The notes below the pieces were generated by a model that saw only the letters and a list, made by a program, of their open reading frames with translations, ran no database searches and had not been told where the DNA came from. From Anthoceros angustus (taxonomy: Eukaryota > Plantae > Anthocerotophyta), in NCBI GenBank assembly GCA_010909165.1, contig MU008171.1, positions 1,054,001 through 1,118,000 of the forward strand: a stretch of 64,000 nucleotides of DNA, given 5' to 3'. Every line of letters starts with the position of its first letter. Position 1 is the stretch's first letter. The translations under genes and the position numbers were made by a program. This document shows, in pieces, positions 34,441 to 47,624 of this stretch.

Positions 34441-36223
34441 ATGGAATTGCTGCTGCCTGCCGTGGCCCCTCCCGCTCGTCGCCCAGCCTGCACAACTTTT
34501 CTCTGCGCCATTCAGCTGAGGGGCGGCACTACTAGACAGCAGCAGGTATGCGCGCTGCGGGGATTCTTGGTTTGGCTAATGGATTGAGACAAGCGATGGC
34601 GATGGCCGGTGCCTTGCAAGCTTTCGGCTGGCCCTCCGTGTGTGATAGCACTGCGATCCTTTAGCACTGTCATGTCTCCCTGACTTTACTGCGGGCGGCT
34701 TAGCAGTTTCTGCTGGCGCATTACTGAGGATGTCATCTCAATGAATACATGCTGCTCAGCTTGCCAGAGGCGGTTGTTTGCGGAAGAAGTATACACTTAG
34801 AATTCGAAGTCAGGATAATGCCAATCCTGGCGGTCGCGACCTGCATTCAGTCAGCAGCGCTCCAGGTTGAGTGGTCGGTCCCATCAATGGCTTCCTTGCT
34901 CTTTGCAGGATTCATCAATGTCGTCATCTTGGGTCATAGTTGCCTCTGCTCACTATCTTTCCTTTCGTCATCCAGGCATTGCTCCCAGACTAGAGCTTGA
35001 AAAGCCTTCAGGGACTTTGAGGAGTGCCCCTCTCAAGAACGGTATCTATTTTCTTCTGCTCTTAAATCTTGGCGTGTATGCTGCTGATCACTGGTTACAG
35101 GTATGAATAGGCAGCAAACAGGCCTGGCTCATACTTATTTCCTGTACAGAGTGGAAGAAAGATGCGAAGTTTCTGCCTTCTGATTCACGAACTTGTTGCA
35201 AGTACATCCCAAGATGTATGTGCCAACATGGTTGCAAGATAGATGTGTAAACTGATAGTGCATTGTCGTTCTTGTGGTGCCAGCTAGGGATCATTAAGCA
35301 GTTATATCTGTATCATGACGTCCCCCGCTGGTATCAGTTCATCACGGCCACATTCTGCCACGCCAACTGGTGGGTCATAGGAGCTTGAGAGCAGCTGAAC
35401 CCTAAGTACATTTTCAGAGCTGAAGGCCATTTCTGTCTCAAGGATCTTATATTTGAAACTGCCCTCATTCCATTGCAATTGCTGCGTTCGCAGGGCTCAT
35501 CTTTCAAGCAACCTCTTTTTCCTCTACATTTTTGGTAGTACAGTCAGTGTTTCGTGCATTACTCATATAACAGACAAAGCTGGCGTATATGGTCCTGCTG
35601 GGTCACCTGTCTATTGAGTTCTCTCACGCGTGAATCTTGTCAGGCAAATTGGTAGAGGAGGAAGAGGGTAGTTTTGCTCTCTGGTTGTCTTACCTTATCA
35701 CTGGAGCGGGCGCGAATTTGGTATCTTGGTTGGTTCTACCGCGCTCTGCTATCTCAGTTGGTGCATCAGGAGCCGTCTTTGGGCTCTTTGCAGTCAGCGT
35801 TCTTGTGAAGGTCGATCCTGATAATATGAAATTGCTGTTTTTTGTCCGTAATTTCTCTGGTTTGCAGCTTCGTCATAGTTGCAGGAATTTGCTGCTAACC
35901 CATCCAATTCTGATTCAGTTGAGCTGGGACTGGAGAAAGATTCTGGAAGTGCTTATTTTGGGACAATTTGTTGTGGAGCAAGTGAGTTCTCCTGCCAATG
36001 TACTTGATGATGAGTACTCCTTTTTCACCTTGATTCTGACTCTTGATCTGTTGTTCAGGTTATGAAAGCTGCTGAATCGTCTGCAAGCGTGGGACACCTC
36101 GCGCTTGGTGCCGCGGCCAATGTTAATCATATAGCACATTTATCAGGGGCGCTTGTCGGGGTGTTTCTGATCTGGTGTATTAGTAGGTTGCCCTCGGGAG
36201 ATGGTGCGAAAAGGTCAAATTAA
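34441..36223 (+). CDS. RBL11: Rhomboid-like protein, plastid RBL11-type
   Basis: Transit-peptide-like first exon, then WYQFITATFCHANW, HLSSNLFFLYIFG | KLVEEEEG, SVGASGAVFGLF (catalytic Ser), WDWRKILEVLILGQFV and NHIAHLSGAL (catalytic His). Start codon is inferred. Confidence 0.85.
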
Positions 36224-36384
36224 GAACAAGGCAAAATGTTTGCCAAAAAGGTTTAGGTGCCTAATGATTTTTAACAATATTGAATCAAGAATTTCTAGTC
36301 GTAGCTTCTGACTCACCATATCCAATTTGTGGACTGCGGCCATTCCCCTCTCAAGAAGTTTGTCATTCTGTGTCCTGCACAGGA

Positions 36385-37793
36385 TCATTTCAAGCTCGGA
36401 TGTAGGGCTAAGGTGACAACCACACCGAAAACGGCCCCGACCAGGACTTGGAGTTTACTATGCCCGAGTGTCTCTGTTAAGGGAACCAGTCGCCAACCAT
36501 TGAGAGTCTCTAGCTCTTGCATCAACACTTCCCCACGTTGGGTGCTTGGCAGACGTTTGGCCGCCTCGAAAAAGCTCTGAGATCTCGCATACGCTCCGTT
36601 TTTTCTCACGGGTTGTGCATCCAATTGCTGATCTCTGGCCGACGCACTCACAGAAGCTGGAACCTTTTGAGGAAGCACGTCCGTGTTATCCATGAACTTA
36701 AGTTCTTGAGCAACAGGGTCACATTCAAGCTCAACCCCCATGGGAGTGGAGGGTGCAGGATCAGCAAACGGTCCTGGCCCAGCGCTTGTCGAAACACGGT
36801 CGGGAAAGTAGGTCAGGACAATAGTATTCAACAGCTGAGCATGCTTGCCAGCTGCATACCTCACTCCCTGCCAGCAGCAGGCAAGAAGGGAATAGTTAGA
36901 TTGAAAGGATGTGCAGTATGACATCAAAGATGAATACATAAGTGAACGCAGGATTTTGTTTCAGGGAAGAACAACACCAAACCTAAGATTCAGGATTACC
37001 TGTGCATCATACATCACAATGCCTGCCAAAACTACTGCTAGTCCGAACACAGAATCCGACAAGCCCCTGCCGAGAATGCAACGAAGACATCAGGTTAGAC
37101 AGGGTAAAGTAGCAGTGTCAGCAGAATTACACCAGGCGTTTGAGGCTTGTGTTCAAACAGAGCAGCACGATGAGGTGAAAAGCATTCACCTTTCTAGACC
37201 AAGAATTGTTGCTGCAGCCGTTATACTCTGCAAGGATGCAACAGCAACTAAGTAATCCGAACCTTCAGATTCCCTCCAACTCGGAGCAAATGATCAAACG
37301 TTATATCCAAGCCAGCTTACCGCAGAATGCGAGGAAGGCATGCCACCCGATGTCAGGACAACTCTCCAGTTGAATCCCTTTCCAGCCAAGAGAGACGTGA
37401 AAGGCTTAACCAGTTGTGCCAGGCAACCCGCTGTGAAAGCGCTTTGCAACACCTGCGCGGGGTAACACCTTAACATCAACATGCTCCAAGCATATTCTGA
37501 GGCAATGCCACCCACCCACGATGTCGCACATGCATGCAACATCGCTGTGTGAAACATCGCTGTCCTACCTGATTGTTAGCAATCTCTTCAATCCCTGCTC
37601 TGATTCCATTCCGAGCACCAAGGGGGATGCAAGATTGCCTCCTTCCCAATTGACACACACAGGATTCTCCAAACCAATGGCACCGTAGCGTGACAAAGTT
37701 CCTGTTAGGTATCACCTGCCTTTGGCGTGACTTGGGGCTGTACTGGGCTTGGGGCACTGTGCAGGGGGGATTTAGGCGCTGCAAGGCACCCAT
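36385..37793 (-). CDS. DUF212 (acid phosphatase/vanadium haloperoxidase-related, YuiD-like) protein, probably plastid
   Basis: EIANNQ | VLQSAFTAGCLAQLVKPFTS..SGGMPSSHSA, MYDAQ | GVR..GKHAQLLN, ETLGHSKLQVLVGA. ATG 37793 is inferred. Confidence 0.85.
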
Positions 37794-38047
37794 TCCTGCT
37801 TGCTCACGCCAGCACAAGCAACTGTGATGTGCCGCTAAGCTCGGCACCAGAACGCAGTAGGCGGAGTCCCCTGCCACTGGCCGGCCATCTCGAGGATGCG
37901 CAATCTGCTCCACATACGGAAATAGCACTACTTTTCCCAAAACTGAAGTTTTTTCCCATCGGTGTCCAGCTGCAGGGAAGCAGGGACTATTGTAGTCGTG
38001 GCCGAAAGATGCGATCCAGGTCGTAACATGGTTGCGCGGGCGTCGGG

Positions 38048-39827
38048 ATGTTTTCGGCCCCGTGCCCTCACTTGTCTCGGCCCCTTGGCCTCGGCAGGGG
38101 TGGTAGGCGGCACAAGCTTAGCTGGCGGGGTGTAGTCAAAGCACAAGCCACTGTCAATGTACCATTCACGTTTCCTGAACTTGAGCTTGGGCTAGAAGAA
38201 ACACAGGTAACCTTGTACGTGCATCGCACCTTTCCTGGACTGTGAATGCATGGAAGGTCTGGGTATGTGGGCACAGGAGTTGTGTATTAGATCCTCCTTG
38301 AGATTCAGCTTGAGCTGTGGGTTTTTTTGACTTAGCAGACTTGCGGTCCTGCAGGTCAGGATCCATGGACGGCTGCTTCGTATCTTCCAGCCAAGAGACG
38401 TGGACGAGGTCCTGGAGATGTACATCAAACAGTGTACGCACGTGCAGATTGAATCTTTGACCGCAGGCAAATGCACAAGTTTGCCATCTCACCCTCACTG
38501 AGGCCAACAGTTGGTGTACGATGGCATGTGTAGGTAGGCTGGATAGAGACCCATATTGGTGCCGGCTATGGCCCTCAGCTCTTGCTCTTGCGGATGAGGT
38601 CTGGATATGACTCTTCAGCCACGTCGCTTTAGGCCAGCTTCCTTTGGTGTTCCTTGACTCTGGTAGAACTGGATTGTTGTTGACAGATTTTAGCACATCC
38701 GGAACTGGTATGTGGGCTTCGCGTATGTGACCTCGGGGCTGGTCTTGGTGAGAACAGGGTTGAAGCTGCCTCATTTACGCACTATATTCTACTCGAATTC
38801 TGGCTTTTCTCTTAGTGACATTTTCATGTATGGGGCAGGTTTGGCAGGGCTAGCAGCTGCTCTTAGTGGAGCAAGTGAGGTCTCTATCGGGCATTCTTTG
38901 GCTTCTTACCTTGCATGTTTTGTTGGTAGGCAGAAGACCTGACTTAAGGTTGTGGTGCTGCATCCAGGTGGTATTGTATGATCGAGAGATACAGGCTTTG
39001 TTGTGTGCCCTGCTAAACATCCATGCCAACATCCCTGACGCGTCCTCCAATCTTCCTGAGATTATCCGTCTCCTACCTATCTCTTCACGACAATCGGGCA
39101 CGATCGCGAACCGTGACCTAACTGCACCACTTGTGGACATTCTGACCCACTCAGCGTGTACGTCTGTTACCTCCCATTCTACATCCGATGGACAGGGAGT
39201 CTGTAATGTCTTGGGCACGGTACAACATGTGCAGGCATGTGTCAAAGCAGAGCTTTTTGACTGGACAGACCAACTAGAGCAAGGTCCTGATTTTGATGTG
39301 GTAAGTGTCTGATCTGCTTTCGTCTCCGTTGTCAATCTTCCGTAGGTCATCTTGGATTGAAATCACTGTGGTGGACTGGTTACAGGTGTTGGCTTGCGAT
39401 GTCCTGTATGAGAAGCCAGCCATTCGCCTCATTGCTGATCTTGCACCAAAACTTCTGAGCAACAGGTTCATGGTTCTCCAGCTCTGCGGTTCCACTCAAT
39501 TGCAGGGGACTGCCGGTCAGACATGTGCCTGAAATCTGTTATGCGTTTGCAGGGAAGGCTCAAGACTGCTTGTGTCTGATCCAGTTGAGCGAAACCCCAA
39601 AAACCGAGAACTTTTTGTCCGCCTCTTTGATCGAGACCAAGAACACTTCAAAGCGCACGTAGGTCACCCCTCGACCCATCGTTTTCATGTTTTCTGGTAC
39701 TTGATGTAACCTGTAACGAGCATTACAGGGGATGGGGCTTGAAGCACGGGAAGTTCGCAATCAAGGGATGGATGGAGGACAGCATAAAGTGGAGCTCTTA
39801 CAATTTACGCGCAAGACTTTTGGTTGA
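38048..39827 (+). CDS. Protein-lysine methyltransferase, METTL21/Methyltransf_16 family, with organellar transit peptide
   Basis: DPYWCRLWPSALALA, VCDLGAGLGLAGLAAA, VVLYDRE, FDW, VLACDVLYE, LLVSDP across GT-AG-spliced exons. Last exon is inferred. Confidence 0.85.
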
Positions 39828-40187
39828 TCAAATCCGTGGCTAGCGCATGAAGATGAAGGCAGTTGTCTAAAGAATGGAGCAAAAATGAACTGAGTCACAT
39901 GTACAAGACTGTCGCTGACGCAGGCAAATGAACTTTTCACCGTTCAGTGATTTTCTTCGAAGGGGAGTTCGGTGAGGAATACATGCCGTTGGCTGCCGCT
40001 GCCGCAGGCGAATGAACTGTTGTATGATTTCTCGAAAGTAATGTTCCGAGAGAGGACATCACCTTTCTCATCAATTCTCCGCTTCTCCCTCACATCATGA
40101 ACTCTTCGTAAAACCCGTGGGATTCTGTCTCACTCGAGTTCTTAAGCTTGCGAGTACTTAAAGAGGAGGAGTTTCGTCTGCTACTGA

Positions 40188-43100
40188 TCACAGTTCGTCC
40201 TGCACCAAGACACCCAAACTGCCATGATCTCCATCTCCTACGGCAATGATAACTGTCCTACCACATGACAAAAATTCAGACGACCCGACGCCCACTTACG
40301 TGCCCATAATCGTCATCATCATCCTCGTCCACATCCTGCGCAAAACCATGCGCAGATTAATTAGTGCCAGATGTACATTCATCCAGACAGGACATACAAC
40401 ACATGGAGGGGGAGTCAGATGAAACTTCATTCAAGCCAGTCAGTAGTTAGAGTTCTCTCGCGTTTAGGTCAATCGAGTGTTTGCTAACTACCACCGTTCT
40501 TGGTTTCGGCATCCGCTTTCGTTCGTTCCTGTGAGACCTCTACCATAATTTCTACCCTCTTCTCACTTACCCAGAATCGACATAGATCTAGGTGTACAGG
40601 GATCTTACCGATGACAGCATTACCAAGCCATCGCCGAATGACAAAGATGGGTTGGAGTCAGGTCAAAGTGGTCAGAAACTAAGTTGTCGGAGAGTGAGGT
40701 AACAATCTATTATCTACATCCCTGCCCCGCCCTGCCCTGTCCCAGGTCGACTACTCGGTGGTGAAGACAAGCATGCACTTAGTGAGAAGAAGCTTCCGTA
40801 AGAGGCAAGCCCACAGGAGGAGACACGAGAATTATGTTATACAGCTACAGAGCGCTGAACTTATGGACCAGCTTGTTTGTGATGGGGCCTGCCTGTGATG
40901 GTGGAACAGCTCATACAAGAGACCGCGCCCCTCATGATAAGGATGGCAGTCGATGTGAGAGACCAGTTTGGACCAGAGCAATAGCACAACAGTCACTCAG
41001 CTCAAACCCGTAAGGACGGAAACCCTGCAGACACATACCCGACGCCTGTACTTGTGTCGTATCTCCTCTTTAATGCGGTCACGGGTTCTCCGTTTGTGCA
41101 AGTCGTCTCGTGACCTTGCATATCTGTCCCTCCCCTTTCCATAATCTGGCCGTTTCATGTCCCTGTCCCGTTCCTCACGGTGCGCTTTTGCGACTCTCTA
41201 ATGGCCAACAATATCGACGGGTAACCCACCAGGCTTAGGAGCATACAAACAAGCATTTGCCTACTTGTCACTGCCTAGCCCAATGAAAGCCGGTAATCTA
41301 CTGAAGGAGACGGCTATGCACATCTAAAATGAAAATTTCGACCGAGAACTCGAGAAGAAAGGATGAAACCCAGGCTTAGAACAGAGAAAAAAGACGACAC
41401 TAGACTTGGTGTAAGCTTCTAACCACACCATACTTACCTCTTCCTCTTCCTTTTCAGCCTTCTCTTGCTCTTCGAATGCTTCCTTCTCCGCCTAATGCAA
41501 AGAAACAACTCACAGTCACTGGAAGTGATTGATAAGATGTAAATGAGGCCTAAGCTATAAGAAAAGGTACCTCCTTATTTTTACCCCACGTTTCCTCTGC
41601 CACCTCCCTTGCATATTCAGGATCGTCTGTGATTAAGATGTTATCGAACAAGGACCCTGCTTTGACCTGCACAAAAATAAGTTGTCATACATGGCTACTG
41701 TAGAGATGCAGTTAAGTCTTGCTCAGATGAACAGATTCACACCTGCCATAACTCAATGCCGAAGTATTTTAAGGATGGGAAAGCATAAATTTCTGGATCG
41801 TCAACGAATTCTGTTTGACAAAGAAGCGCGAAACCCCGAGTCCATCAAAACATCCAAAAGCGCGTCCAACTTGCTGCAAATCGAATTCAGAGAGCTTCCA
41901 AGTAACCTGGGTTATCAATCAAAGGAGTTCTCCACTTGCCCTTGTACTTCGGGTTCTTGATTTTCTGCAAAGCATTCAGAGGTAAGAAAGTCTGTTCCGT
42001 CTTCACTCCGTCAAGGGCATCAAGCACCGGTTTACCTTGGCCTTCCAGGGGCCCTTATAGGAGGGATTAGGAATAGTTGGAGGTGACCAGTCGCCATCAT
42101 CATCGTCATCCCAGTCCTCGGGCTGAAAGATTTAATGGCTCTCAATACGTTTTTGTGGAGCGAGCATCGAAGAACAAAACGTTCAGCACACACATTGAAT
42201 GTAATAGACGGGCATGGTCACATGATAACCTTTTTGGCATGAGGATCCTGAATCTCAGCTGGAATATCGTCCCAGCCCTGGTCACAACGACAGAAGCAGA
42301 TGTCAGGAAGGCTGCCCTTACGGAAAGACCAGACGATTCTACTGACCCCCGTTCCCGCGTCCAAAAGGTTTGAGATGTACACTTACGGCAGGTTTGACAG
42401 CATCTGGATCGGTGATGTACTCCTTTTCCTCCCAATCCGCAGGCTGAGAAAAACAGCGTACAAAGATGCTATTAAACAGACTGACCGTTGTAACAAATAG
42501 AGCCCAGTTGTAGCAAGACTAACCTTTTTGGCCGTTAAATCCTTGATCTTCCTAGGAGGTAAGATCTCCCAATCTGTATAAAGGCTGCCGGATTCTCTCT
42601 CCCTGTTGTCCACCAGAACGCTGTAGGTCGCATCGGGTCTGATGATGAATGTATACACATGTGTAAGGTGGTCGGTTTCGCAAACAATGTCCTTCTTGTT
42701 GTGATAGTTTTGGCCCTTGTACTGAATAATGGCATGAAGTTTCTTGGTAGTGGAGCCACAAATGTCTGCCCCGAACATTATACTGCGGCGCAAGCCAGAG
42801 CAGAATGTGAGCAAGTGCTGTTGCTGACCTTCAGAATCCAAAAACGTTGAGCAGCAGCAGACAAAAGCGTACCAGTAAGGCGTGTCCCCGCTGAACCTTT
42901 TCTGATTGATATAGCCACTCATGAGCTTTATGTAGCCACCGCCGCATTCAATTTTCTGCTCGTGCTTCAGAGAGTACTGGACAACTAACGTCCTCCCCTT
43001 GTTGGTGAACTCGGGATACTGCGCGGAAATCCCGAAGTACCTCGCATCTCCATGTGTCTGGATACCTGTTGCTCACGACACAAATCCAATGAGCAGCAAG

Positions 43101-43476
43101 CACGGGCACTGAGAACAATTGAACAGCACATATGCTGTGCAGGCTTGCCCTCCCGGCCATCCTACCCTTGTCATCCGGGTCTCCACTCCACTTGCCGGCT
43201 GTGTGCAACCAGTTACCGGCTAATCCCTCACTCTTTTTCCAATCCGACTTCACCCACCGGCTCTCCCACCCATCTGCACAAACGAAATTGGGTGAATGCG
43301 CCTTCATCATAATCAAAGCCCCGTCTGCATCTGCAGACAGGTAGAGACACTGACAATTTAGCATCCCCCAGAATCAACACCAGACCTTCAAATCTCTCCT
43401 CGAAGAAGATTTCGGCAGAGCAGGCCGCAATGCACAGGGCCAGCAGCAATAGAGCAGATGCCGGAGGGCCCATCAT
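40188..43476 (-). CDS. CRT3: Calreticulin, CRT3-like
   Basis: Signal peptide, [50 protein letters not shown], an Arg-rich C-domain, and C-terminal H|DEL split by the last intron. Confidence 0.92.
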
Positions 43477-44200
43477 AACCACCGAGCTGCAATGTTTGCA
43501 GAAAGCCCGGGGGAGCTCGTCTTTCTTCTCGCATTGTTTCCCAACCTCGCTGCGTTGCTATTTTTCTAAGGGAAGGCATAGCCGGTGTGATTTCCTTTGC
43601 GCCCTGCCTCGCCACCTTTCGCCAGTTTTGCCGTCTCAAAATCTTTGTTTTTTGACTTGACTTTGACGGATCACAGCTTACGGTGTGGAGTTGTGTACAT
43701 ATATTCCCACGGCAACAGTATGAAAGGGCAGGCCCAGGACCTATGAACTCACTGGCAAGACGTGGAGAGTGTTGTCCCATTGGCCCAATTTGATGTATGT
43801 ACTGTTCGTGTCATCGTCCCTGTTTCTTTATGTGCATCACACATTCTACAATTCCTGTGCTGGGCACACGAGAAACAAGACACATTGCACAGGGATGCAC
43901 TTGAACCAAACACAGAGTATCTGGTACTAAAGGAGGTAAAATGGCGTGGGAGGGTACAAGCACCCACTTAGATTCATGTACAAATGGCAGCTACACATCA
44001 AGCTGGTGAGCGACACGCTCAACAGTGACGCCAACTCATGGCTGTTCCCTGTCACAGGATGGTCGGGAAGAAGAATGGTTAGAACAAATTGAGGCTGGAA
44101 CTCAAAGCCTCAGCCTCTCCAGCACGCACTGGTGGATGGTGGGAGCGGAGGCCATCATCGCCTCTTTTCCTGGTTAGAATTAGAACGAGTGAATACATTG

Positions 44201-47200
44201 CTACGAAGTCGTCTGAATCTCATAGAGATTACTAGACCGCTTTGGCCGCCTGTAATTTTTCAGGAGTAGAGACGAGCAGACCACACTCACAGAAGATGCT
44301 GCCATTGAAGCCCCTGCTAGCCAAGGTGGCAACCGAATCCCCAGCGGAAATACAATGCCAGCAGCAACAGGTATGCTAACAACGTTGTAGCACAAAGCCC
44401 AGAAATAGTTCAGCCTGATCCTGTCGAAAGTTTTCCTGGAGAGGTCAATGGCAGTGATGACATCCTCTAGATTGCTCTTCATGAGGACTATTTCTGCTGC
44501 TTCGATGGCAACATCAGTGCCAGCGCCGATGGCTATGCCGACATCTGCAGCCACAAGTGCGGGAGAGTCGTTGATTCCATCTCCTACCATGGCCACAGTG
44601 TAGCCCCTTGACTGCAACTCTTGCACTTTCTCGGCCTTCCCTAAGGGTTGAACCTCAGCCATCACATCCATAATGCCAACTTCCTTAGCGATGGCATTAG
44701 CTGTGCCATAGTTGTCACCTGTCACAAGTAAACTCCATACCCCCATGCTTCCTAAAGTTGAGATAACCTCTGCAGCTTCGGGTTTAACCGGGTCTGCTAT
44801 ACCAATTGCTCCTACGACTTCATTTTCCAAGGCTACAAGCACACAGGATTGTGCCTTCTGCTCGGCGTGTTCAAGAAAGTCAGCACAGCTTTTAGGCAAC
44901 GAAATGCCTAACTCCTTCATGAGCTTCCGGCTGCCCACCGCAACATCCTTCCCTGCCACCACAGCTCGCACACCTTGACCAGGAATGTTCTGGAAGTCCC
45001 TTGCTTCAGACAGCCACCTTACATCTGATCCCACAACACCTTCCAATGCTCTCACATAGTTCATAATAGCCTTTGACAGAGGATGCTCGCTATTCGCCTG
45101 CCAAAAATCAAGACAAAAACAAATCTTAACCGATACAACGTACGTAGAGCTCACAGAGAACCCCACCAGAACTTCCTAGACACCAGGAAATGCAAATGTA
45201 TCCTGCTGGTCACAGACTCCAAAGGCAACTTTGCAAACTTGAGCTTACCTCACAAGCTGCTACTGCCTGATAGAAGCTGGAAAGGGGGATGTCTTTGAAT
45301 AACTTGGTTGCAATCACTTCAGGCTTTCCCATTGTGAGAGTCCCTGTTTTATCAAAGACAATACAATTCACCTGCATTCATGGAACCCAGAACACCAATA
45401 TGTCTGGGTTCCCTTGTACCGAAAAAAATGCACACGTGGTTGCGACAACAGACAAGAGACCAACCTTATGTGCACTCTCTAACGCACTGCCACCCTTGAT
45501 CAAAACACCAAGCGATGCACCCTGTCCTGTCCCGACCATAACAGCTGTTGGTGTTGCCAACCCCAGTGCACAGGGGCAGGCTATGACTAGAACCGATATG
45601 CCGAACTGAAGGGCAAGCTCAAACTTATCCATGGATGCTGGAATCCAAGACTCAGGATAAGCGTTCAGTTTCCCCGCGATGAACCATCCTAACCATGTGA
45701 TGACAGCCGCCAGCACCACCTTCAATCCGAGAGGGTTGTAAGTTCACGAAATTTCACATTAAGGAGCTGAAATCACAGTGTAACCGTTGCACACTGCAAT
45801 CAAATGGGAAGAGGAGGGAAAAGTCGAGTACTTACAAATGGCACAAAATACTTTGAAACGGTGTCAGCAAATTGCTGCACAGGTGCCTTGGCCATCTGTG
45901 CGGCCTCCACAAGCCTCACAATCTGAGAAAGAGCAGTCTCCGACCCAACATGAGTCGCCTTGACAAGTAAGACGCCGTTTTCATTGATAGTGCCACCTAT
46001 AACTTTATCCCCGAGCTGCTTGGGCACAGGGTGAGCTTCTCCAGTTATCATACTTTCATTGGTATGACTCTGACCTGCTATCACCACTCCGTCTGCTGGG
46101 ATCTTAGCTCCTGGTACGACCTTCATAATATCATGTCTTTGCATAAGCTGGGAGTTGATCTCTCTTTCTGTGCAGACAGATCCATCAGAATTCAAAGTCA
46201 CCAGCAGAGCAGTGTTCGGTGCAAGATCCATGAGCTTTGCAATAGCCTCTGACGTCTGTCCCTTGGCTATAACCTCCATGTATTTGCCCAAGAGAATGAA
46301 AGTAATAAGCATGGCACTGGTCTGGAAAAAGTCTGCGCCCACAAAGGTAGTTGAGGTTGCAGCTCGAAGAGTGGTATACACTGAGTAAAAATATGCTGTG
46401 TTTGTTCCGAGAGCCACCAGAACGTCCATGTTTGCCGAGCCACGACGTAGCGCCTTAAAAGATGCCTCATAGAAACGCCAGCCCACCACAAATTGTACAG
46501 GAGTAGCTAGTACCCATCTAAAGACCTGCCCTAGACTAAGCATGTTCACCATTTTGGTGTCAAGACACCTTCTCAGGACAGGGATATAAACGAAAATCAT
46601 AGACATGAGAATGATTGGAACTGTGAAAATCATGCTCCAAAGGAAATGCACTTCATAGCGTTTCATTTCATGGCGCCTGCTGCGGTCCCTGGAGGAAACT
46701 AAGCTGGCTTTGAAAAGGTTGCCAAGCTGCTCTACTCTCTCTATGAAAAATCTTGGACCTGTTGTGTCGGGGTCGTAAGAAATGACAGCGATAAGACCTG
46801 CAGCCACATGGTCTACCACCACAGACTTAACCCCCTGCATCGTCAACAAGGAGCCCTCAATGAGCACAAGGTCTGCTTGAGACTCAATGCCCTCCAATGT
46901 GAGGGTAGCCTGAGTCCTTTCGTTCCCTTGGCACACTAACTCGGACTCAAAACCAACATCATCAATAGTATCCATGAGCTGTTTCGGATGAACACGTGCG
47001 GGATCATAGTCCACCTCAGCCTCCTCGGTAGCAAGAGACACAACAGCCCTGGTCACGCCCGCAAGCTCTAGAAGTGCAGCCTCGATGGACCCAGAACACG
47101 CAGAGCAGGTCATGCCCTTGATGCGCAAGCGGCAACCTGCCGTGGACTGCTCATTGGCAGAGTCGTCTAGAATGGATGCTTCAAAGCCAGCATCCTCTAT

Positions 47201-47624
47201 GGCCTCACGGATTACTTCGCTCTGTTGTTAAAGACAAGCAACGGTGACTGAGAAAGCTGCACAGACATTGCCACTTCCATAAACATAAAGAGACTGCCAT
47301 AGTACAAACCTGAATGACATCTGAACGGTAAGTCACTTGCGCTTGATTTTGCATAAGAGCTACCGCCACGTCCTCCACCCCTGGCAGCTTCTTGACAGAT
47401 GATTCGATGGAGCTGGAACAAGCAGCACATACCATGCCGACGACGCTGAATGTGGCCTTGGATAGCTTAGAGGCCACCTCAACATCGTGGAGGGGAAGTG
47501 TGGAAAACTCTGGTAACGACGAGGGCAAGGGGTACAGACTGAGCTCTGCACTTCCCGCATCGACAGACACAGGAATGTACCCCTCATGTTGACCACGAAC
47601 AAGGTCCCACATCTGCCTTGCCAT
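44201..47624 (-). CDS. HMA5: P1B-type copper-transporting ATPase, HMA5-like
   Basis: Two HMA motifs (GMVCAAC, GMTCSAC), TGEA, CPCALGLATP, DKTGT, EHP, TGDN, GDGINDSPAL, YN and MAASSVSVV. Confidence 0.93.

Noticed and set aside
37928-38029. ATG 38029 as start of the DUF212 gene, only 18 bp from the opposite ATG
   Set aside because: That frame stops after 33 codons. ATG 37793 is in frame with the conserved exon.
38048-47624. Metal or ER functional cluster (CRT3 next to HMA5) as an operon-like system
   Set aside because: These are ordinary conserved genes and adjacency is expected by chance in a compact genome. No shared motif was seen.
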